Shown in pieces: positions 15,921 through 22,716 of a stretch of DNA of 49,296 nucleotides; position 1 is the first letter of the stretch, and each line of letters begins with the position of its first letter. The notes beneath the pieces were generated by a model. It worked only from the letters and a program-made list of their open reading frames with translations, made no database searches and was not told the DNA's origin. This DNA comes from a bacterium (lineage in GTDB: Bacteria; Patescibacteriota; Minisyncoccia; Phycocordibacterales; SBAW01): the NCBI GenBank assembly GCA_021839985.1, contig JAKBZO010000002.1:1-49296 (forward strand), in the 5' to 3' direction. The translations under genes were made by a program, and so were the position numbers.

Positions 15921-17631
15921 CAAGTTGGGATTTATTTGCACTGAATTCCTCAGAAAGCTTGAAAAGGCTTGTTAGTTTTGGTGTTCCATTAAGTATTTGG
16001 TCGTAGGTCGGAATCTCCTCAAAAAACAGGGTCAGGAGCAACCGGCGGCTAAACAAATTATCAGCCTCCGTAAGGATTTCTGAGGGGTGTTCCATTACGT
16101 GAGCGGCGTAATGTCGGAAGCTGCGAATACTCTTCTCCGTAATCTCGATGCGTCCACGCTCGCCCTCAGCTTTTGTTATATCCTTTTCGATTTGCTCAAT
16201 CTCAGCTTCCAGCATATCGCGCACGGTCTGAGTCTTCGCATGACCAAAGGCATCAAGTTTGTTTGCAAGCTTTGTTTTCAGGTCGGCGACATTGTGGCCG
16301 ATGGATGAAGCTGCGACGAGAATCTCTTTTTCACGGTTGCGATATTCATCAAGCAAATGGAGTTCGAGGAGAGCCAAGAAGCCCTCATCAAATTTCAAAC
16401 TATCCAAATAGGCGCGAACGTTTTTCTCAAATTCGTCCTGCGCGATGCGGAAGTATTCATGCGCTCTTTTGCCAGACTTTGAGCCTCCGCAATGGTAGGC
16501 AGGAAATTTCTTACCCGATTTACCTACAGAAGCACTGGCAAGTACTTCAGATTTACAATGGTGGCAAAGAATACACTTCCACGGATATTCAGGATTGTCT
16601 TTGATACGCTTTACCTTGCCCCATGGTGAGTAGTTATGCCGTACTTCAACAGCATCACCCGCCTTTGCTTTGGCAAATGAATCGGGGTCAATGTAGATTT
16701 TCCCGCGATTAGCTCGGTTGAAGACATCAACCGAAACTATGCCATCCCAATGAGCCTTCACAGGACGATGCCGCGTCCATTTCTCGTATATGACCGCTAC
16801 ATATTCGGTCTGTTGAATCATTCGTTGCAATTGCTTTATAGTCAGCGGGTTGCCACCTGATTTACCAATAAGCTTAGGACGTTCTTTATCACTCCTGTCC
16901 CATCGGTGATAAAGCGGCGTTTTGTATCCCATTGCATTCAGGAGCCCCACGATTTTTGCGTCATCCCCACCGTTTGCCCTCATTTCAAATGCCTTTTGCA
17001 AAAAATGCGCTCGGTCGCTCGGCTCTCTAATAATTTTCTTTTTCCCGTCAACGAGAACTGAGCTATTCTTCAGTCCATCGGGTGCTCTGCGTACCGCATA
17101 GCCTTCCTGTACCAATTTCATTTCTGCTCCTACAAGCCGCGTCAGAATGTCTCTTACTTCCTGTCTGCCCTGGTGAGCTGCCAGCATTTCCGCAGTCTCA
17201 CTAGGCGAAGACATGCTCCACCAGTATTCGTGATTACCTCCCAGGTGTTCAAGTGAATTTCTTTTCGGTTGAATGATGCCCGTCGTATCAGCAAGCACGA
17301 TTCCTTCTCTCTCCAACTTATCTTTGAGCGGCCAATACTCCGGCGCGCCCATACGGGTAAACCGGTCTATGCTTTTGAAAATATATTTACTTATTACAAC
17401 CCCTGCTTTCTTCCTACTCTTGGCGTACGCAATGATTTCCTCGATGTCATCTCTCTCGGTTGTAGTGGCCGAGTGTGGTTTACGAAAGACTTTATCAACT
17501 ATCCAACCTTGTCGCTCAGCAAGAAAACGTCCTGCCATCTCTTGGTTTTCGAGGCTGCCGCCCTTCAACTGCTGCGGGTCGCTGACCCGGCAATCTATCA
17601 CCGCGTAGACTTTAGGATTGCCCATACTCAT
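15883..17631 (-). CDS. Large serine recombinase (integrase)
   Basis: N-terminal resolvase catalytic domain (YAVIDCRVSDPQQ, SIDRFTR), a recombinase domain, a zinc-ribbon-like CILCHHC..YHCGG and a C-terminal coiled coil. The last 13 codons are antisense to tRNA-Glu. Confidence 0.9.
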   Translation of the reverse strand: MSMGNPKVYAVIDCRVSDPQQLKGGSLENQEMAGRFLAERQGWIVDKVFRKPHSATTTERDDIEEIIAYAKSRKKAGVVISKYIFKSIDRFTRMGAPEYWPLKDKLEREGIVLADTTGIIQPKRNSLEHLGGNHEYWWSMSSPSETAEMLAAHQGRQEVRDILTRLVGAEMKLVQEGYAVRRAPDGLKNSSVLVDGKKKIIREPSDRAHFLQKAFEMRANGGDDAKIVGLLNAMGYKTPLYHRWDRSDKERPKLIGKSGGNPLTIKQLQRMIQQTEYVAVIYEKWTRHRPVKAHWDGIVSVDVFNRANRGKIYIDPDSFAKAKAGDAVEVRHNYSPWGKVKRIKDNPEYPWKCILCHHCKSEVLASASVGKSGKKFPAYHCGGSKSGKRAHEYFRIAQDEFEKNVRAYLDSLKFDEGFLALLELHLLDEYRNREKEILVAASSIGHNVADLKTKLANKLDAFGHAKTQTVRDMLEAEIEQIEKDITKAEGERGRIEITEKSIRSFRHYAAHVMEHPSEILTEADNLFSRRLLLTLFFEEIPTYDQILNGTPKLTSLFKLSEEFSANKSQLVTLRGIEPRFTP

Positions 17632-17816
17632 ATTGTACCGCGAGGAGGGGCGTCCTGCCGGACGGCATCGGTCGCTGTTTTTGCTCGTTTATTCCAGTTA
17701 TCAAAAAGGACGCTAGCCAAGCGGCTCATGCGTTCGTTTACCATTTCTATTTCTTTGTCAGACATTTGTTCCCCACGAGAACCAAGTGCCTTCCTGCAAT
17801 CCTGGACAGATACCAT
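17628..17816 (-). CDS. Small hypothetical protein upstream of, and overlapping, the recombinase start
   Basis: 62 aa from the ATG at 17816 (MVSVQDCRKALGS..). Its stop overlaps the recombinase ATG by 4 nt. Function unknown; an RDF or regulator is possible. Confidence 0.4.
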   Translation of the reverse strand: MVSVQDCRKALGSRGEQMSDKEIEMVNERMSRLASVLFDNWNKRAKTATDAVRQDAPPRGTI

Positions 17817-18203
17817 AGCCTTTCGGCTAGGCAAGAAAACCCTCAACACAAAACAAACCCGTGGTTAGGGTTTGCTAGAAAAAGTGGTGGTATATGGGGT
17901 TAGTTGACTGAAGAATTTAAATGGGGTTTTTGGAGAAGAAATTGTATGGACAAAATAGAAAAGATTTTTTGAATCTTTTTTCCGGCTGCGAGTTTTCAAA
18001 GAGCCTAGCGCCCCTTAATTCAATCATGCGAGGCCTCAAATCACAAGTGTATTTTGACAAAAAACTGAGGAAAAATACGAATTGTATCTTTCCGATATTG
18101 TAGCTTGTTGCAGCCCTGATAATACACGAGAAAATGCGAATTTATGGCTCAGGACAAAGGCCAGAACCTTGGAACGACTCCGAACCTGCCACCCTACTTT
18201 TTC

Positions 18204-18375
18204 GGAAAGATTCCGGAAGATACATCTCTGTGAAATATGCGGAAGATTGAGGGAGATGGAATGTGTCTACCAAAGCCTTTTATGGCTTCAAATCTGGGTT
18301 TCCGGTCAAAAATTGCACATTTGTATCTTCCGCATATTTCCCAATCTTTCCCAGAGATGCTTTCTCCGGGGAAAG
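18204..18375. repeat. Iteron-like repeat cluster with a 16-bp perfect inverted repeat
   Basis: GAAATATGCGGAAGAT (18232-18247) is the reverse complement of 18325-18340. CATCTCTG 18223-18230 pairs with 18352-18359, and GGAAAGATT 18204-18212 with 18343-18351. There are five GGAAGAT/GGAAAGAT copies (3 direct, 2 inverted). Confidence 0.85.
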
Positions 18376-18379
18376 TATG

Positions 18380-18829
18380 CTAGAGATTCAGGAGTTGCTT
18401 TTTCTTCTGGTTGAATTCGTCCTCCGTGATGACACCTCGCTCCTTCAGATTCGCAAGTTTTTCAAGCTCGTCCATGCTGCTGTGTTTCTGCCCGTCCTGC
18501 CCGATACGCTCCTCGATGAGTCGCTTCGCTTCCTCAAACTTTTCGTTCTTGCCACCGTATACGTGGAAGTTTATTGAGTTCTCGTCCTTGGCCGACTGGA
18601 ATAGCCCGGCCTTGGCCTCAGAACCGCCCATAAGCGTGAGTTGGATGTACCCGGCTACCATACCCGCTCTTTTGAGTTGCACGGCCACTATACGCGAATA
18701 CGGAATGGTCTTGTCGCCCCGCAACATTCCACCACCAAGCAGAAAACCTTTCATGCCGCGTTTAATAATCACACCCGCATCCGTGAGGATGAGAGTGCCG
18801 TTGTACCCCTTATATTCTCTTTGTTCCAT
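18380..18829 (-). CDS. SHOCT-domain protein with an N-terminal PH-like beta-rich domain
   Basis: The C-terminus DELEKLANLKERGVITEDEFNQKKKQLL matches the SHOCT consensus. The N-terminal domain assignment is tentative. Confidence 0.75.
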   Translation of the reverse strand: MEQREYKGYNGTLILTDAGVIIKRGMKGFLLGGGMLRGDKTIPYSRIVAVQLKRAGMVAGYIQLTLMGGSEAKAGLFQSAKDENSINFHVYGGKNEKFEEAKRLIEERIGQDGQKHSSMDELEKLANLKERGVITEDEFNQKKKQLLNL

Positions 18830-19056
18830 AGGACTTATAGGCTAGCTCGTAAGTCCGGGGCAGGCTCTCACACAAAAAGCCCGCCACGGGTAGAGGCCGA
18901 AGCCCCTCGTATGAGTTTCCCCATACGGCCAGTTAGACACCCCATGACGGGTTCTTTGTGTCTAACTGGACTTTTTCACCATGCCCGGTCTTGAGACCGA
19001 GTTTAGGCTACTTCGCACCTGTTGTGCCCCTTAATGATAACAGGAAATGGCCGGGA

Positions 19057-19860
19057 ATGCCCTTTAGGCGACGGTTCAATTCTTGGAACAAAGAGCGTAT
19101 AGTTGCCCCTATGAACAACGGCTTTTGTATACCAAAAAATGCCTTCCAAGCACTTCTGATAGAGCGGCAGAAGGCCATGCTTAGGCGTGTCATGGCGACC
19201 TTCGCGGATAGCCTATCTCAGCAAGAAATGGTGGCGCAGATGGAGCGTGAAGAGGGCGCGTTTAGCGAAGCGATGAAGGCAGAGAACGCAAAATTTGCAG
19301 CAAAGACCACGAACGTGGAAATCGTCATCGCGTTCCAACTAGCAGACTTCTATTTCCCTGGCGTTGATGCCGAGCTGTGCTTTGAAATGCGGAAGAGCTT
19401 CTCTCCCGATTCTGCAACTTCCTACGACAACATCGTAGCCGGAATTGAAAATGACACCGCGATAGACTGCGCGATAAGAGCTGACGGTCGGCAGTTTCAT
19501 TTCCAAATAAAGCGTTGTCCGCAAGAATATCTGCCGCATACACGCGCCGCGCTGACCGAGTACATCAAGAAGACGCTCTCTCATTACGGCAATATGAAAG
19601 GGACAGGTCTTGTGCTTCTCCTCCAACCCAATACCGAGGAGCGCAATGACGACCTGAGTTTCAAGGAAGTACACGAGGACATGGTGGCGATAAAAGACCA
19701 GATAACTTTTAACGAGATTGTTTTCGTCTTTAACAACCAAATGCAGAGTATGCGTTGGCAGCAGGTGTTCCCGGCCTACGGTTACAGCGAGAAACCGCTC
19801 GTACTCCTCAGTGAGAAGTACCAAGCGCAGCAGGAAGAGTGGAAAAATAAAACCTTATGA
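19057..19860 (+). CDS. Hypothetical protein A (island cargo), start uncertain (19057 or 19111)
   Basis: AGGAAA lies 10 nt upstream of ATG 19057; the ORF-track GTG 18958 lies inside a hairpin. Contains ..AIDCAIRADGRQFHFQIKR.., a D..QxK pattern weakly compatible with a PD-(D/E)xK core. Confidence 0.55.
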   Translation: MPFRRRFNSWNKERIVAPMNNGFCIPKNAFQALLIERQKAMLRRVMATFADSLSQQEMVAQMEREEGAFSEAMKAENAKFAAKTTNVEIVIAFQLADFYFPGVDAELCFEMRKSFSPDSATSYDNIVAGIENDTAIDCAIRADGRQFHFQIKRCPQEYLPHTRAALTEYIKKTLSHYGNMKGTGLVLLLQPNTEERNDDLSFKEVHEDMVAIKDQITFNEIVFVFNNQMQSMRWQQVFPAYGYSEKPLVLLSEKYQAQQEEWKNKTL

Positions 19861-20837
19861 AATTATTCTCCGACGACTTTCCCGAAGTAAACAGCGACGA
19901 GCAAATTGCCGAGCTGCAAAAACAGTTTCCCGAATACGACGCGGGATATTTGGTGCAGGGCGCATACGGACTCCGAAGACACACGAAGGAGTGGATGGAG
20001 CGCATGTGGGCGCAATATGAACCATATGCCGACCCTCATTTTCTAGAGGAGTTTAAACGGCACTTCACTCAGCGTTCTTGGGAGCTGTATCTCGGCGCAA
20101 CGCTCCTCAATCGCGGCTTCAAGCTCGGAGCACATAAGAACGCGGGGGCAGATTTTGATGTACAAAACGACAAGGGTGAGCGTATAACGTGGATAGAGGC
20201 CATCGCGGTGCGCCCCGGAGAGGGCGCAGATAGGGTGCCTGACCTCACATATGAGGTTGTAACGAGCGTGCCGGTGGATGAGATGCTTCTCCGCGTCGCT
20301 GCGGCCTTGGACGCTAAACACAAGAAATATCTTTCCGACGTAAAGAATGGTTTTGTGGCGAGCAACGAGCCGTATGTTATCGCGCTCGACCGTTCCGAAT
20401 TGGGTCATGTGGAAATCCCGCCGTCGCTCATTCTGAAAGCTCTTTTTGGTATTGGCCACCTGACATTGAGTTTCCCGGTACCGGTGCCGGGCGAAGCACC
20501 AAGAACTGAGGAGCCGAAGAGGTTTTGGGGAGCATTGCCTGAAGTTTCAAAGAAAAGCGGCAGTCCCGTATCTATGCAGTTTTTTGAGAATCCTGCACAC
20601 GCCGGTATAAGCGCGGTGATTTATTCTGTGCCGCATGTAATCAGCAGTCCGCGCGTGCCTGAGGAAATGGGAGAACACTTTTATGTCGTCCATAATCCGC
20701 AGGCAACAGATCCGCTTCCTTCCGAGGCATTGCCATTTGGTGAGGAGTACCGAGTTGAGGGCGACATAGTAAATCTCACGAGAGAACGAAAAGAGTACCA
20801 ATCTCCTGACCCTTTTGAACACCTAAGCGATAACTGA
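19857..20837 (+). CDS. Hypothetical protein B (island cargo), translationally coupled to A
   Basis: ATGA overlap with A at 19857-19860. Contains ..RSWELYLGATLL..GADFDVQNDKGERITWIEAIAV.., a helix-Glu/Asp/Glu pattern reminiscent of restriction-endonuclease-like folds but with no Lys in the third motif. Confidence 0.65.
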   Translation: MKLFSDDFPEVNSDEQIAELQKQFPEYDAGYLVQGAYGLRRHTKEWMERMWAQYEPYADPHFLEEFKRHFTQRSWELYLGATLLNRGFKLGAHKNAGADFDVQNDKGERITWIEAIAVRPGEGADRVPDLTYEVVTSVPVDEMLLRVAAALDAKHKKYLSDVKNGFVASNEPYVIALDRSELGHVEIPPSLILKALFGIGHLTLSFPVPVPGEAPRTEEPKRFWGALPEVSKKSGSPVSMQFFENPAHAGISAVIYSVPHVISSPRVPEEMGEHFYVVHNPQATDPLPSEALPFGEEYRVEGDIVNLTRERKEYQSPDPFEHLSDN

Positions 20838-21203
20838 CTAGGTGATAATCACTCGCTCTCTATCTGAGGGTATTTCATCTACGTGCGACCGCTTAACTAC
20901 AGAACGGAGTAACTGCTCATCGCGGGCAAAAATGAATCTGTCGCTAGTTACAGCAAAGCGTAAATTTATTTGCCGGACTAGCTCACGGTCAATCCGGTGT
21001 CCAGTTGTTTTTGTGCCTGTGTTCCCAATGGAGAGGCTCATCGTTGCCGTCAATGGAATAACCTTCACCGCCCCCTGCGTCGCAATTCCTACGCCTTGAC
21101 CCCAATGTGTCTCACCATAGTTCTCAGGCGGAAAAATCGTGAATGGGTTGTCCGTAAGAATGAAAGATGCCGAATCGGGAGCGAAAAGGAATTGCCAGTC
21201 CAT
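20838..21203 (-). pseudogene. C-terminal fragment of a DUF4238-like protein
   Basis: ..FILTDNPF.. and ..FARDEQLL.. resemble the C-terminal half of DUF4238-type proteins (from memory). The N-terminal ~150 aa are absent, and the upstream in-frame sequence is His/Arg/Pro-rich nonsense. Confidence 0.4.
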
Positions 21204-21356
21204 ACCGAAATCGGCGGCAAGCTTCCATCGAAAGTAGGTGGGAGACTCTTTCTCTTTCGTTACGTGCTCCTTTGGGGTGTGGCGGGACTGGCTTTCTATT
21301 GGGTATATACCTATCGGATATTTTGGGATATTTTTCTTTGGGTGCCATATTCGCTT

Positions 21357-21578
21357 ATGGCGATGTGGCTCGCTATGAACTCTATCTTGCCGGTGGTGCG
21401 CTATTTTTCAGTTACCAGAAAACTGTTCGGCATAGATTCTGCAAAAAAAAGTTGGTGGCAACTGCTGACGCGGGGAGCAGCAATCGTCGGGCTCGTATTT
21501 GGGTCGCTGTTTGTTGGTATATATTTTTCCGTTGGCACAAACCTTACGCTTGATATCCTAAAGCATTTTGCCAACTAA
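21357..21578 (+). CDS. Possible small membrane protein (2-3 TM); start unresolved
   Basis: Hydrophobic segments MAMWLAMNSILPVV and AAIVGLVFGSLFVGIYF. The frame is open from 20997, but only the region after ~21230 looks protein-like. Confidence 0.3.
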   Translation: MAMWLAMNSILPVVRYFSVTRKLFGIDSAKKSWWQLLTRGAAIVGLVFGSLFVGIYFSVGTNLTLDILKHFAN

Positions 21579-21771
21579 TATTGCTTTGCGCTCTTGTTCT
21601 ATAACTCATTGGGTAAGTTCTTGCGGCTCTTCTTAGACGAAAAATCCAATTTTCTCTAGGCAAAAGCAGGTACTAGTTTCGCAACGCCCGTAGCCTCAAA
21701 AACTTCGTTCCACCGTAAAACCATGGTTTCCAAGGTGTTCCATTCTAGATACACTGAGTTCACAAATCGAC

Positions 21772-21800
21772 CGGTTCGAAAGCGTTTAGCTTTCGAACCG
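21772..21800 (+). terminator. Terminator-like hairpin just before module M2
   Basis: CGGTTCGAAAGC-GTTTA-GCTTTCGAACCG, a 12-bp perfect stem, followed by TTGTCGTTTGT. Confidence 0.45.
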
Positions 21801-21812
21801 TTGTCGTTTGTA

Positions 21813-21937
21813 GACCCTACGGGGAATCGAAAGCGAGCGCGGGCACCCGTTTTGCAGAACGGGTCGCGCGAGCGTGGCTAGGCGGAGCGAGGAGCGACGG
21901 CGACGAGCGAGCGCCTAGCCGATTCCCCGTAGGGTCA
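21813..21937 (+). repeat. tRNA-end-flanked module M2
   Basis: The 17-bp terminal inverted repeat GACCCTACGGGGAATCG (21813-21829) / CGATTCCCCGTAGGGTC (21920-21936) copies the tRNA-Glu T-loop/acceptor 3' end. The interior has GGAATCGAAAGC and GAGCGACGGCGA, identical to M1. Confidence 0.8.
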
Positions 21938-21978
21938 TGGTAACGAAAGAGAGCGCACTTCTGTGCGCCTTTTTCGTC

Positions 21979-22149
21979 TGTGACCCTACGAGCAAGGCGC
22001 CCGCGCGCCTTGCGTGGGAGTCGAATCGGCGGAGCATGTTCTGAGGTTTTACGAAGGACGGCGGGCCGCGTCCAGCAGTACTTATCTTTTTGCGAATACT
22101 TGGGACAAAAAGATCAGTAACTGTGGGATCATTCACCGTAGGGTCACAA
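21979..22149 (+). repeat. tRNA-end-flanked module M3
   Basis: Terminal inverted repeat TGTGACCCTACG (21979-21990) / CGTAGGGTCACA (22137-22148). It has the same architecture as M1: an inverted acceptor copy, a 9-bp hairpin with a CCGC loop, GGAGTCGAATC, CGGAGCATGTT, ..ATCAGTAAC.., and a direct tRNA 3' copy. Confidence 0.75.
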
Positions 22150-22220
22150 AACCAACCGCTTCGAAAACCGAATGCCTCCAAGCCTTCGTCGTTTATAGAT
22201 CAAGAGCGTAAATGAAAGCA

Positions 22221-22260
22221 AAAGAAAAAAGCGCCGTACCCGAAGGTCGTGCGCTCTTTT
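22221..22260 (-). terminator. GC-rich hairpin with flanking A/T runs after the 22277-22612 gene
   Basis: AAAGAAAAAA-GCGCCGTACCCGAAGGTCGTGCGC-TCTTTT. The stem is imperfect. Confidence 0.45.
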
Positions 22261-22276
22261 GGCCACCCGCTTGGAC

Positions 22277-22612
22277 TTAGGCCGGCTGCATGTTGGACGC
22301 CACACCCGTCCTCTTGCGAAAGTCCGCGTATGTCCCGGCGACGTGGTCCATGTCGCTCGGGTCGCCACGCAACCACGCGTTCAGTTCCTTGAGTGACTGC
22401 TCGCTTCCGGGACAGAGGTTGCCTCCCATGTCTCCGATCGGGTGGTGGTTCTCGAGGTAAAAGGATTCCTCGCTCCCGTTTTTCCCGTTGTCGTCGATCA
22501 GCTTGAGGGTCCCCTGCTGGCAGCAAGGACAGGTGGCGAGACCAGTCACCAGTTCCGAGAAGTCCGCTGTGTTCGTGATCTTGCTCCAGATGACATAGGA
22601 TTTGAGCGGCAT
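22277..22612 (-). CDS. Hypothetical Cys/His-containing protein (111 aa)
   Basis: Start at ATG 22612, preceded by AGGAAAGG. Contains CPCC..HH..C, a possible metal site. It lies between murF and the island attR. Confidence 0.5.
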   Translation of the reverse strand: MPLKSYVIWSKITNTADFSELVTGLATCPCCQQGTLKLIDDNGKNGSEESFYLENHHPIGDMGGNLCPGSEQSLKELNAWLRGDPSDMDHVAGTYADFRKRTGVASNMQPA

Positions 22613-22716
22613 GGCGCACCGTACCTTTCCTGGTAATGAGCTCTTGGGATCTGCCAAGCCAGTGGTCACTAAGACCGTGATCTGGTTGCTATTTAAACAC
22701 AAAAGATTTTGTTTGT

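Larger units (their letters stand above)
15905..22149. mobile_element. Integrated genomic island at the 3' end of tRNA-Glu (~6.2 kb), probably with a nested or decayed right end
   Basis: Direct repeat ATTCCCCGTAGGGTCACAA (15905-15923) vs ATTCACCGTAGGGTCACAA (22131-22149, 18/19), plus an inner copy at 21920-21937. A serine recombinase sits next to attL. G+C is visibly lower than in the flanks. Confidence 0.65.

Noticed and set aside
17921-18577. ORFs 17921-18103, 18082-18414 and 18263-18577 in the AT-rich island spacer
   Set aside because: They have no start-site signals and odd composition, and they overlap the repeat cluster and the SHOCT gene. They are more likely non-coding.
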